Source: a virus
Taxonomy: Duplodnaviria > Caudoviricetes
Reading direction: 5' to 3' (one strand)
DNA length: 64,000 nt
Virus record (IMG/VR): IMGVR_UViG_3300021431_000081
Span: 64,001-128,000 of that record
The notes beneath the pieces are model-generated. The model did not search any database and had not been told where the DNA came from. It saw only the letters and a program-made list of their open reading frames with translations. Shown piece by piece: positions 41,387-51,147 of the stretch (positions are counted from its first letter, which is position 1; the number at the start of each line of letters is the position of its first letter). A program made the position numbers and the translations under genes.

Positions 41387-43963
41387 TTAATGATCCGCCA
41401 TTTTAAAACACTGTAAAAAGCATCGTTTATTAACGTTATACAAAGCTTTTAATAATACAGATCGATTTTTTTCTAATCTTGTTTGCAATTTAGCATGAGC
41501 AATTTTATCTTTAAAGAACGCTCTTGTTATTAAATGTGACATTAGTCCTAAATAATTCTTAGAAATATAAATTTGATGAATATCATCTATTAACTGGTCA
41601 AAATTATTCTTGAAAATATAATAGTCTTCATTATCATCATCGTCATCTTGAACAAATAATAATTGTTTTAAAGAATATTTTTCAATTAACTTTTCAACTC
41701 TTCTAGACAATCTATGATGTTCAGTTAATTCATGTTTCACAAAGAAATAACTCATAGGAAGTGTATCATTAACTGGTTTGTAGGAATCTACTTTCATCTT
41801 ATATATATAATTCATGGGACAACGTAGTGACTTGTTGATTTTATTTTTATCAAACCCCGGCCTTATAGCACACCAGAATTTGGGATATCCTCTTTTATCT
41901 ACTTGTAACAAGTTTTTTAAACGTTGGATTTCGTTTGTAATATCTATATCATATTTACGTTTGGAATTATCTATAGCACATTGCGCTAAAACAGATAATA
42001 TACAAACACTGTCATAACAAATTGGATCTTTAAAATTATAAGTATAGGATAAAGCAATTTGAGCAAGGTTACTGGACTCCCCTATCGCTCTCTGGGATGC
42101 TGCCAGATTATTATCAATTCTAGCAAAATCTGATGGAGTGTTATTATAATGATTGGCTTCTTTAGGAATATTGTTAACTATAGTAGGATATTCTTTATAA
42201 AATTTCTTCGCTGCTTTTACAATAGATGACTGATTGGTTACGTAAAGTGAGTCACTGTCCTGATCACTTCCATTATTTCTATCTTGTGCATCTGTACCAA
42301 TCATATTTATTGCAATTATTTGTTTACCAAAAGTAAAATACTTTTTTAGCCTGTCATCATAATGATTATGCAGATGATCCATATTATTCCTACTATTAAA
42401 CGGACTTCGGAATCCTGCTAAGTACTCCCCGTCCTTAAACCTTTCTGTATAACATTGTATTGCTCCATCTTCAGGTAGAAGAGTAGTATCTTTATTCACA
42501 TCTTCTCCCACAGATGCCAGTAACATAGCGTAAGGCGAACCCACTATTACTAAATTATCTGCATCTTGTATTAACTTACCATTCTTTATCTCTTTTAAAT
42601 AATTATATATAATTCTTTTCTTTCTCTCTCTAAAATAATCACATCTAACAAATTCAGGATTATGCTCTACTAATGCTACCAATACTTCAAAGTCATTCGA
42701 AAAATTCTCATTTTTAATCAAATACTCCATAAAAGTATGATCATCTTTTTTTAACTTCATTATATAATCAACTGTACATTTACAGGTTTCTTCCATTGTA
42801 TCTATATCCAAAGCATTGATCATTTGATAACTCATACGTTGTACGTCACCAAATTTACTTTTATGTGCGGTTTTAACTATTCCAAATTTACAACCATTCG
42901 CTCTTACCCATTTAGACCAATAATTAAAGTCAACTTTGAATTTAATCCATTTCATGGCGTTATCCGTTGTAATTAACTTTATTTTGCTAACTTTTACATC
43001 TCTACCCCACATATCTTTTATAATGGCAGTTTCATATTCATCTCCGAAATATTCTTGCATAAATAGCTGAATATTAGATCTAAAAGCAGCCATTTTAGTA
43101 AAATGATGACGTAAAAGAATATATCCTTTACCCCATTCTGGGAAGATACTTTCATCAATTAATGCCTGACCATCAAATAAAGTATTTTTTACTTTATAAT
43201 TATCTTTTTTTATAGCCTGACAATGTTTGTTCTCGTCCAACTCTACACTTATTACTTGAGTATTAAAGAAGGAATCAATATCTTTTATAACCAATATCTG
43301 ATCAGGATCAATCACAATATGATCAACAATAGTACTGGTTGATAACGAAGAATACGCCCCTATTTCAACAATAGGAGCGTTCGTATCTGGCAGCTGTAAT
43401 CCCATCCGAAGAAAATTAATTGCTTTGTCATACAATTTATCTCGTATAAACATACAAGATCCTTTCTTCGCTTTTCCCGGTGTTCTATATGCCATTTTAT
43501 AGTGTATTACATCGTATCCTGTAATTTCTTTTTTTCTATTAAATTTAGGATATTCAATATTTAAGCCATCCTGATAAAATATTTCTCTAATTTCCTGCCT
43601 GGTTTTTCTTTTGAATTTATCTTTATTATCTTTGACTTTTTCTTTAACTAGATTTAATGTTTCAAGCCTTTTTTGCTTATCTTCATCACTCAGATTTTTA
43701 TCTTTCTTAGCTTTTTTAATACGCTCATCTATTGCTTTTATTTCTTCTTTGTAAGTATGTGTGCCATAATCAAATTGAACACATATTACATCCCGTGTTG
43801 ATTCATCTTTCCAAACTTCCAAACCATTCTCTTTTAGAAAATCAAGGAATAAACTATTGGTTAACATAGCTTCAGTGGCATCATACTGATCACGTATTCC
43901 AAGATCATATCCATATATAGAACCTGCTTGGTAGTTGTTTATTTTATAACCATATTGGCCCGT
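41387..43963 (-). CDS. YonO-like single-subunit (two-barrel) DNA-dependent RNA polymerase; probable ACG start at 43963 (858 aa), first ATG at 43867
   Basis: DGQ, FRSPFN and NGSDQDSD (DxDxD) motifs; next to HU and the late genes, as yonO-yonN in SPbeta. Confidence 0.85.
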   Translation of the reverse strand, partial: TGQYGYKINNYQAGSIYGYDLGIRDQYDATEAMLTNSLFLDFLKENGLEVWKDESTRDVICVQFDYGTHTYKEEIKAIDERIKKAKKDKNLSDEDKQKRLETLNLVKEKVKDNKDKFKRKTRQEIREIFYQDGLNIEYPKFNRKKEITGYDVIHYKMAYRTPGKAKKGSCMFIRDKLYDKAINFLRMGLQLPDTNAPIVEIGAYSSLSTSTIVDHIVIDPDQILVIKDIDSFFNTQVISVELDENKHCQAIKKDNYKVKNTLFDGQALIDESIFPEWGKGYILLRHHFTKMAAFRSNIQLFMQEYFGDEYETAIIKDMWGRDVKVSKIKLITTDNAMKWIKFKVDFNYWSKWVRANGCKFGIVKTAHKSKFGDVQRMSYQMINALDIDTMEETCKCTVDYIMKLKKDDHTFMEYLIKNENFSNDFEVLVALVEHNPEFVRCDYFRERKKRIIYNYLKEIKNGKLIQDADNLVIVGSPYAMLLASVGEDVNKDTTLLPEDGAIQCYTERFKDGEYLAGFRSPFNSRNNMDHLHNHYDDRLKKYFTFGKQIIAINMIGTDAQDRNNGSDQDSDSLYVTNQSSIVKAAKKFYKEYPTIVNNIPKEANHYNNTPSDFARIDNNLAASQRAIGESSNLAQIALSYTYNFKDPICYDSVCILSVLAQCAIDNSKRKYDIDITNEIQRLKNLLQVDKRGYPKFWCAIRPGFDKNKINKSLRCPMNYIYKMKVDSYKPVNDTLPMSYFFVKHELTEHHRLSRRVEKLIEKYSLKQLLFVQDDDDDNEDYYIFKNNFDQLIDDIHQIYISKNYLGLMSHLITRAFFKDKIAHAKLQTRLEKNRSVLLKALYNVNKRCFLQCFKMADH

Positions 43964-43976
43964 AACGCATCACTCC

Positions 43977-44351
43977 TTAATCCCATAAATCTCTAAAATA
44001 CTTAGCAAATAAATTAATACCTTCCTGCACCTGATCATTCCATTTTTGTGTTTCAGAAATAAAATTCAATCCATATTCCTTACACCAATTAGGATCAGGC
44101 GAACTATCATTAACAATCTGCTCAAAAGACCAGATCATCTTTTTCAATGTTTCGTGCCATATAATATTTGCTTCTTCTGTTGGTATCATCTCACCATTAT
44201 CATCAAACAATATAGGGCAACTAATAGTCTTTTCTTCGAATTTCCGAAGTCTGGGGAGAATAAATTTGGCTACTGTGTAATCCAGGTTATACCATTCACT
44301 ATCCTTAAAGGTAGTATAAATACCTTTTTTCTTACGAATCCTTTTGTTCAT
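43977..44351 (-). CDS. Hypothetical phage protein
   Basis: 124 aa; WYNLDYT..FILPRL..F...GINLFAKYFRDLWD. Confidence 0.75.
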   Translation of the reverse strand: MNKRIRKKKGIYTTFKDSEWYNLDYTVAKFILPRLRKFEEKTISCPILFDDNGEMIPTEEANIIWHETLKKMIWSFEQIVNDSSPDPNWCKEYGLNFISETQKWNDQVQEGINLFAKYFRDLWD

Positions 44352-45015
44352 TTAACGCACTCCAATCAATATCATCTAAGTTACTTTTACGCTTTCTATT
44401 CTTATACCTTATCTTCTGAACATAAGAGGAAATATCATGTACTTCTCGTGTGTCCTTACCCTGAGAAAAAGACATAATTATGTATTCCTCTGGAAGTTTT
44501 ATTTGTTCGGGGGAATAAATTTTATGATCAGCCAGTAACTCTTCATAACTTAACCTTGTGCGTCCCTTGTTATAGTAGTACTTGTTATAGCATTCCTTAC
44601 ACAGAGGAGCATACCAACCAAATATACTTATATTAGGAGAATCCAGTTTCCCGCAATCACAGCATACAAACTCTGAGATATGAGAGTAAGCATCAATTAC
44701 ATTCTCAACATCATGATCATAAATATTACTATATAACCTTAAGCTTCCGAATTTCTCTTTTAATTCAACAATATGAAGCTTGTTAACCAGATTCTTTTTT
44801 CTCAATACATCATCCAGATCCTTAAGGAACAAATCACCGAATGCTTTTCTCCAACCGTTTGACAATGCGTCCCATTCTGTCCATTCATATTTTTCATCCC
44901 AACAGATTTTTCCATCCCATGATCTGGGTATAAGCCAGGGATACATCTTACACAGCTTTTTATTTCTTATACGTCTACGCTTCATCTCTGTAAATAATTC
45001 CTTATTAAACCCCAT
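44332..45015 (-). CDS. Hypothetical protein with KEKFGSLR motif and CxxC...CxxC
   Basis: 227 aa, overlapping the downstream gene. Confidence 0.75.
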   Translation of the reverse strand: MGFNKELFTEMKRRRIRNKKLCKMYPWLIPRSWDGKICWDEKYEWTEWDALSNGWRKAFGDLFLKDLDDVLRKKNLVNKLHIVELKEKFGSLRLYSNIYDHDVENVIDAYSHISEFVCCDCGKLDSPNISIFGWYAPLCKECYNKYYYNKGRTRLSYEELLADHKIYSPEQIKLPEEYIIMSFSQGKDTREVHDISSYVQKIRYKNRKRKSNLDDIDWSALNEQKDS

Positions 45016-45017
45016 AA

Positions 45018-45767
45018 CTACCCCCTGTCAATTGTATGCCACCGTTTATTCTTCCAGTACTTCCACTCAATACGACCGCCAAACAATCTAACCTCAAGAT
45101 CTGCTATATTGTCCATACCAAGTAACATATCCCGCACATAATCATAATCAATATCACTAATGCCATATATTGACTTCCACCTTTTCAGAGTACTCTCAAT
45201 TAACTCAATAGACCATTCCTCATCCGTTACTTCTGCCTGACGCTTCAATTCTGCCAAGTAATCCTCTTTGGCTTTTCTAGCATCCTCACAGGTAGTATAT
45301 ATTTCCCGCCATGAAAGAGTAGTATAACAATGATACGAAGGATCATATTTCTTAACTAATTTATACCCTTCTTTTGTAATTTCTGATTCTACGGTATAAC
45401 ACTTGGTATTATTCCTTGCTAATACCAATTTACCTAATTCCAATCCCTCTTTAACAGCATCAGGATCTTCAACAGTATGTGTGCGTAGCCAGTCATCACC
45501 AGTGTCATGCCAATGCATATTCACCAGATCTGTATTGTATGTCCATCCTTTGGGCAGCTTCCTGTATTTTTCATCAGACTCAAAATCCTTAATGGGAATA
45601 TTCTTTTCAGTCACAGTTCTTGTATCAGGAAGTTCTACATAATCCACATATACAACATCATGAAAAGGCTCATCTACCACACCATAATCCACATACGGTA
45701 AATGGTTCTTATTCCATTTTAAGAAATAAACTACATCACCTGATTTAAGATCTAATGTACGTTCCAT
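45018..45767 (-). CDS. Hypothetical protein
   Basis: 249 aa ORF, tightly packed in operon. Confidence 0.75.
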   Translation of the reverse strand: MERTLDLKSGDVVYFLKWNKNHLPYVDYGVVDEPFHDVVYVDYVELPDTRTVTEKNIPIKDFESDEKYRKLPKGWTYNTDLVNMHWHDTGDDWLRTHTVEDPDAVKEGLELGKLVLARNNTKCYTVESEITKEGYKLVKKYDPSYHCYTTLSWREIYTTCEDARKAKEDYLAELKRQAEVTDEEWSIELIESTLKRWKSIYGISDIDYDYVRDMLLGMDNIADLEVRLFGGRIEWKYWKNKRWHTIDRG

Positions 45768-45769
45768 AT

Positions 45770-45997
45770 TTATTCCTCTTCGAAATATTTCTCACAGTCA
45801 CTCTCAGTACAGCCTACACAGTTAATATCCAGATTATCATCCCAATCAAATTGGGCTACCTCATATTTAATAGGTACAGGACAATATAGATCACTACGTT
45901 CAATGGCAGTAGTAAACCATTCTTCTGGATTTTCATAACAATCATTAGGATCAACCAAGTAACAACTCATTTTATATATCTTCGCCATAATTATCAC
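45770..45997 (-). CDS. Small acidic Cys-containing hypothetical protein
   Basis: About 72-75 aa; GAGGTG RBS. Confidence 0.65.
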   Translation of the reverse strand: MIIMAKIYKMSCYLVDPNDCYENPEEWFTTAIERSDLYCPVPIKYEVAQFDWDDNLDINCVGCTESDCEKYFEEE

Positions 45998-46434
45998 CTC
46001 ACAGGCTGCAATCTGGTAAATAACTCACCCATTGTCATTCCGTTATACTTCGCTAAATCCTTTGCTACTGCACATACATTCTTCTCTGTGCTTACACCAA
46101 TCTCATTACATAAATAGGAGAGCAGATCAGGGTATTCTGGAACCTCATTTGGGTCAAGAGAGTGTTTCCAACCAACAATCTCTTCCTTATTAATAATAAC
46201 CTTCTCATCAGGGGGAGATAGTACCGATCCCTCACAATACCGCCACCATGGAGATTCTTCATCACCGTTGGGGAACAGGGCATAAAATTCCTCATCATTC
46301 ATTTTCTTCATATAAGTAAGAATGAAATCCTCAACTTCCCATACCTCATAGTTAGGAGAGAAGTAAGTACATTTAGGTGACATTAAACGCTTAAAGTAAG
46401 GTTTCAGTCCATGCCCCAATATCTCAAATACCAT
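45994..46434 (-). CDS. Hypothetical protein
   Basis: 146 aa with RBS. Confidence 0.7.
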   Translation of the reverse strand: MVFEILGHGLKPYFKRLMSPKCTYFSPNYEVWEVEDFILTYMKKMNDEEFYALFPNGDEESPWWRYCEGSVLSPPDEKVIINKEEIVGWKHSLDPNEVPEYPDLLSYLCNEIGVSTEKNVCAVAKDLAKYNGMTMGELFTRLQPVR

Positions 46435-46574
46435 TCTCGCTCCTTCTCCTTCCTCTCATTCTCAGCTTCTTTTACATTTTTCCCAAGACCGACAACACCA
46501 GGTATATGACTTCTGCTGATCCAAGTGGGCTTAACAGTAGAGTTACAACGGTAGGTAATGTAATTATTCTTCAT
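46404..46574 (-). CDS. Small hypothetical protein (56 aa)
   Basis: Start refined to ATG 46574 (GAGGAG RBS). Confidence 0.5.
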   Translation of the reverse strand: MKNNYITYRCNSTVKPTWISRSHIPGVVGLGKNVKEAENERKEKEREWYLRYWGMD

Positions 46575-47133
46575 TGCGCTTCTCCTCATAATACTCAGCG
46601 AATAATTTATTGTATTGTTCATCATATCTCTTATATACCCAAGAATACGCTTTATAAGGCTCGTAGCCCGCTGCGACCATTTCCTCATATAATTTATTAC
46701 GGTAATACTCAGCCATCCATGTGTGTAAACCCTCAATAGTGGCTTTTTCACCATCTGCTTTAATTCTTGAACCCATTTCTTTTATGACCGTATCTGCGAA
46801 CGAAGAGCAGGTGTAATATTTGGTATAATCAAATTCCTGTTTTTTACGCTTACATGACCGCCACGTTCTTTTTAAACACTCTAAGTAAAGAGTTAAAGTT
46901 TCCCGCTCTTCTGTATCAACCCATGACTCTTTAGTGAGCCGTATTATTCCACCGTCCTCATCTGAAGCTTGAATGGCAACTAAATAAGGGTAATAGGGGA
47001 TGAGATCCTTCGGGGTCTCAAACTTCATAGGAATAATCTCATCACCCATATATATTTTGGAGTGAAGAACATGCTCCGCTCCCCGACTGTCAATCGCATC
47101 CTTAAAGTCATACTTGCCTGAGAATTTACTCAT
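46564..47133 (-). CDS. Hypothetical protein
   Basis: 189 aa; MSKFSGKYDF...DLIPYYPYLV. Confidence 0.75.
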   Translation of the reverse strand: MSKFSGKYDFKDAIDSRGAEHVLHSKIYMGDEIIPMKFETPKDLIPYYPYLVAIQASDEDGGIIRLTKESWVDTEERETLTLYLECLKRTWRSCKRKKQEFDYTKYYTCSSFADTVIKEMGSRIKADGEKATIEGLHTWMAEYYRNKLYEEMVAAGYEPYKAYSWVYKRYDEQYNKLFAEYYEEKRNEE

Positions 47134-47142
47134 ATATGCTCC

Positions 47143-47676
47143 TTAACCATTAAACATATAATCTAAGTACTTCATAAAATCCTGTGCTGTTTTTTTCTCT
47201 TCAGGGGTAAGCTGCGCATAGGCTTCTATAAGTTCATTAGCTCCAAATGTTGCTTCTTCCGTCTCTTCTGGTTTTTTATTCGAAGCAGCCTTCATATTCT
47301 CATCCTTCTTTGATTTGTTAATAACGACTTTCACTTCCCGAAGTTCCTCATCATCATTTAAAAAGCAATCATCTTCCTCATCCTTTAAGAGATCAGGTTC
47401 GCCATAACACTCACCATAATCAGGACAGTCTTTGCATCCTTCTTCATCAAACCCTTCTTTAAATTTTTTGTAGCTTTCTTTCAATTTTTTGTAGTTTTCA
47501 ACTACATCCTCACTACCACATAATGCATTAACTTCATCCACTTCATTCAGAAAATTCTCTGCCGTCTGAATCTGTCTTACCTCCAGATCAATATCGTCCT
47601 CAAATTCCTCTTTCAAAAAAGTGGTGTAAAACTCCGCATCATCCCAATTCAGATTCTTAATAACTACCTCGTACAT
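47143..47676 (-). CDS. Acidic hypothetical protein
   Basis: 177 aa; CKDCPDYGEC. Confidence 0.7.
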   Translation of the reverse strand: MYEVVIKNLNWDDAEFYTTFLKEEFEDDIDLEVRQIQTAENFLNEVDEVNALCGSEDVVENYKKLKESYKKFKEGFDEEGCKDCPDYGECYGEPDLLKDEEDDCFLNDDEELREVKVVINKSKKDENMKAASNKKPEETEEATFGANELIEAYAQLTPEEKKTAQDFMKYLDYMFNG

Positions 47677-47701
47677 AAAATACCCTCCGTGTTTAATTTG
47701 T

Positions 47702-48049
47702 TTATTTGTGTTTATTAATTATATTCCCCACCATCTCAAACTTAATAGTAGGTGAGGAATAAAATTTCTGTATAGTTGTACCAGAACAATCAACTATATC
47801 CGTTGTATTGTATTCTACTTCAATATTCTCTGGTTTCCCAAATAATGGAACTATAAATACTGTTCCATCATTAGATTTAAACTTAAGTTCCATCTCTGTT
47901 GGTTCTACATTAAATATGCCACCATGATCAAAAAGAGTATTGAACTCTAACTCATTCGCATACCGTACCTTCGTATTACAGTAAGGACAGTAACCGTCCT
48001 CCTGTAACGGCGCTCCACAGTTAGGACAGTTCGTAATTAATTTTTTCAT
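47702..48049 (-). CDS. Zinc-ribbon protein
   Basis: NCPNCGAPL...CPYC; 115 aa. Confidence 0.75.
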   Translation of the reverse strand: MKKLITNCPNCGAPLQEDGYCPYCNTKVRYANELEFNTLFDHGGIFNVEPTEMELKFKSNDGTVFIVPLFGKPENIEVEYNTTDIVDCSGTTIQKFYSSPTIKFEMVGNIINKHK

Positions 48050-48137
48050 GTTATACCCAGTTATACCCTCCTTTCTGAGTATAATAGTTAGTGGGTTTTA
48101 ACATACCCCCCCCTACCCTTATTAAATAGTTATTATA

Positions 48138-48166
48138 AGTTTAACATAACTTATATCATTTGTCAA
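48138..48166 (-). promoter_or_regulatory. Sigma-A-type promoter for the 48049-41387 operon, including the RNA polymerase
   Basis: TTGACA-17 nt-TAAACT with extended TG. Confidence 0.75.
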
Positions 48167-48177
48167 TAGTTGTTAAT

Positions 48178-49167
48178 TTATCTAGTTATAATAGGTATTA
48201 ACTTATTTATTATTTTATTTTGATTAATTAACCAATTTCCATGCTTCGGATTCTTTGTAAATTGACGATCTGCCTGTAGTTGTAAAAAATCATATATCAT
48301 TTGATTGATATTGTATTGTGAAGCAAGCTTCTCAGATTCTTCCGTAAGTATAGACATAGGTGCGTATATTTTATAGCAGGTATAAATATAAACCCAAGAA
48401 GGATGCTTTTTATGCATAATATGTTCCAGAGTATCATAGAAATCATCAATTTTATAAGAATAAATAAATAATTCATTCGTAGAATTCAGATTTAGCTGTT
48501 TTAAGGCTTCATGCTTCATTTCAATAATATCCAGTTTTTGTTCTTTATTGGCATCCATAGTAATAGTAGTACCATCATTCTGTCTTATTTCTATTCTTTC
48601 CACTTCTTCATAGTCTAAAATACAATGAGTCTTAAGTGATCGAAGAGCAGAGACAATAATATCCTTATAATAACCATAGCTCCTGCTATACAGATCATCT
48701 ATATCCATTGAAAATACATTTAACTTTTCTGCCAGTTCCTTTTTCTTCTTTTTGTACTTTAAATAATTCTTATTATAAAACCCCAGTAAAGAGAATAATT
48801 GATTACGTGTAATATAGTTTAATTCCTGCCCCGTTGAAAAGAAGTAAATCAATAATACATTGGCGATGTCTTTTATATATTTTGATTTTTGAGAAAAAGA
48901 AAAATTCGGATGAAACTGATCATAAATAGAAATAACTCTATATTTTCTCCCTACCTTTTCTAATTCGACATATTGTTGAATAACGTCCAACTGACGATCT
49001 TTCTGATTGCCCTTTGCATAATAAGGTATACACAGTGCTATCGTTAACTCTTTGTAAGTATATAAATTATCAATTGTAAGATTATGATGAATATTATGGA
49101 TAAAGTTCTTTAACTTCATATTTATCAACTTATTGTCAATCTCAGGAATAATTGCTACTTCATTCAT
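48178..49167 (-). CDS. Hypothetical protein (possible DNA-binding/replication protein)
   Basis: Start refined to ATG 49167 (AAGGAGTG), 329 aa; YKEL...KGNQK..QL..EKVGRKY; borders the strand-switch region. Function unproven. Confidence 0.6.
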   Translation of the reverse strand: MNEVAIIPEIDNKLINMKLKNFIHNIHHNLTIDNLYTYKELTIALCIPYYAKGNQKDRQLDVIQQYVELEKVGRKYRVISIYDQFHPNFSFSQKSKYIKDIANVLLIYFFSTGQELNYITRNQLFSLLGFYNKNYLKYKKKKKELAEKLNVFSMDIDDLYSRSYGYYKDIIVSALRSLKTHCILDYEEVERIEIRQNDGTTITMDANKEQKLDIIEMKHEALKQLNLNSTNELFIYSYKIDDFYDTLEHIMHKKHPSWVYIYTCYKIYAPMSILTEESEKLASQYNINQMIYDFLQLQADRQFTKNPKHGNWLINQNKIINKLIPIITR

Positions 49168-49378
49168 TAAAACACTCCTTTTTACCAATATTTGATAATA
49201 CCCATTAGATTATGGACCATGATACGTGATATAAATCATGGGCTGCGAGTTAATTATAAAATGTTTATAAACTAAATATAATATAAAAATAAAAAATGTA
49301 AATCAAATATAAATATTATAAACATAAAATAATGTCAGACAACTTAGAAAACCCTTAGTTCATAAGGGAAAAAGTACA

Positions 49379-49434
49379 AATTACACCTATATTACCTACT
49401 TAGGGATTATATAGTGGGTCATATAGGTGTAATT
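49379..49434. repeat. Inverted repeat with 14-bp perfect outer arms
   Basis: AATTACACCTATAT...ATATAGGTGTAATT. Confidence 0.8.
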
Positions 49435-49498
49435 CACAAAATGGACACAAATTAGCATATGAGTGGGGAGATAGGGTGGAATTATGAAGTTTTGAGAA

Positions 49499-49527
49499 AT
49501 TATAGCATATAAGATGAATAATGTCAA
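49499..49527 (-). promoter_or_regulatory. Consensus sigma-A promoter
   Basis: TTGACA-17 nt-TATAAT with extended TG; perfect consensus. Confidence 0.88.
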
Positions 49528-50069
49528 TGATCAAGGCATGGTGTTTAATTTATTGAGTTGGGGGATGGGAGATGGTGGGAAAATAAAAGGATAATTGGTT
49601 ATCTTACGATTAAATAAACGAATAAATTAAAACAAATAATAAAAACTAATGACTAAAGAAAATAGGAATTTATAGAAATACAAAATTGATGATAAAAAAT
49701 AAGAAATGATGAAAATTTAAGTCAGTGTAAAAATGGATTAGCTTACGGGCTTGGGCCAAAGTTGGGTAATTTGGTGGTTCAAACCGGCCCGGTTTTCACA
49801 AAAAAATCCCGATTTTTTTTGAAAAATTATAGATATAGTCTTAATTATCTGTTATCCTTGACATAGCCTCGAAGGGGGCAGGGGGATAACCCCCGGGGGG
49901 TGGTCCTCCCGAAACATAATCGAACATTGAAAAACAATATCCAACATTATCACGTTTCGTTATGCGATGTTTACCGCCTCCCATGGGGGTTAATACCATG
50001 AAATGATATGGTTAGAGTAAAGTGAATAATAAGTAGATATTAATATTAAATCTAGTCCATAGGACTAAA

Positions 50070-50151
50070 GGCCTCCTTCCTCTTTTTGAGTCCCCGATTT
50101 ATAATCGGGGATTGAAAAAGGGGATACCCCCCAAATTTATTAAAAGGAGGC
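50070..50151 (+). promoter_or_regulatory. Structured leader sequestering the RBS of the first rightward gene
   Basis: GGCCTCCTT (50070-50078) is the exact complement of AAGGAGGCC (50143-50151) and encloses the hairpin TCCCCGATT-TAT-AATCGGGGA. Confidence 0.55.
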
Positions 50152-50158
50152 CACGATT

Positions 50159-51100
50159 ATGGCAAGCAACAAAAAGCAGGAAAAGCAGGGTGTAAGTATC
50201 AATATTATCAAATTTGATAAGCGGTATAATGTTACCGTTGATACAATTCAGTGTCCAGTTCCTAAACCTGTATTGAATGATGGTTATTTCTATATGATGG
50301 TACAGTATCATAGCTATCATATTGATGCCGAAAAAATCATCATCAAACGTAATGGATTGCAGAAATCCATTGATAAACTGGTATCACAAGAAGAACCACT
50401 CACCGATGCACAAGAGGCGGAATTAGTAGCTTTACAGAATGAAATTCTTCTAGCAGATAATGCAGTAGAAATCATTACTCAAGCAGTAAAGATTAAAGTT
50501 GCTGATTTAGTGTCTAGTTTTCCGGAAATCCATAGCTTTGCAGAGATTGACAATTTTGCCTTCGCCGTTGCTATTTTCCTTCGCAACGTCAAAACCTATG
50601 GTTTTGACAGTGACAATAACCCTCGAAAAGTTGTGTTTTCCTATGAAAACGCAATGACGGTTAATGACTTTGCTGAATATGTCAAAATGATGTATTCCAA
50701 TGCAGGGACAAAAGAGTTCAAGTCTAATGCAGAATCCAAAATCAAAGATTTCTGCAAGCGTGCTTTTGGAACGCATGGAGGCGAAAATAGTCCCTATAAA
50801 GAGTTTGGTTATGGAAAGTTAACATGGGACTATGTGAAAAAGAACATAGTTCCTAGATGTAAGAAAAAACTTTCCTTCGATACCAAAAATGGGAAGGGCA
50901 TCAATGATAGCTTTATTTCACCGGAGGAAATGATTAGTCAATTATTCTTTACTTGTATGCTTCTTTCCGGTATGAATGCTATTGACAATAGTAAGAATAA
51001 AACCATTGCTATTGTAAAGGCACCGGAAAATACAGGCTTTTCCCTTCCTGTAAAGAAGCAGGAACCGGAAGGCGGACTTGAACCGGACACTGAAAAGTAA
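50159..51100 (+). CDS. Hypothetical protein, first gene of the rightward cluster
   Basis: 313 aa; strong RBS; followed by a terminator. Confidence 0.8.
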   Translation: MASNKKQEKQGVSINIIKFDKRYNVTVDTIQCPVPKPVLNDGYFYMMVQYHSYHIDAEKIIIKRNGLQKSIDKLVSQEEPLTDAQEAELVALQNEILLADNAVEIITQAVKIKVADLVSSFPEIHSFAEIDNFAFAVAIFLRNVKTYGFDSDNNPRKVVFSYENAMTVNDFAEYVKMMYSNAGTKEFKSNAESKIKDFCKRAFGTHGGENSPYKEFGYGKLTWDYVKKNIVPRCKKKLSFDTKNGKGINDSFISPEEMISQLFFTCMLLSGMNAIDNSKNKTIAIVKAPENTGFSLPVKKQEPEGGLEPDTEK

Positions 51101-51111
51101 TAAGAGGAAGG

Positions 51112-51147
51112 AAAAAAGAGAACCGGAGTTTTCCGGTTCTCTTTTTT
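51112..51147 (+). terminator. Intrinsic (bidirectional) terminator
   Basis: AAAAAAGAGAACCGGA...TCCGGTTCTCTTTTTT. Confidence 0.85.

Noticed and set aside
41387-43963. RNA-dependent RNA polymerase of an RNA element
   Set aside because: The context is a dsDNA phage late module; motifs and synteny fit a YonO-type DNA-dependent enzyme.
49858-49890. TTGACA at 49858 as the rightward promoter
   Set aside because: No credible -10 hexamer at 16-18 nt spacing.
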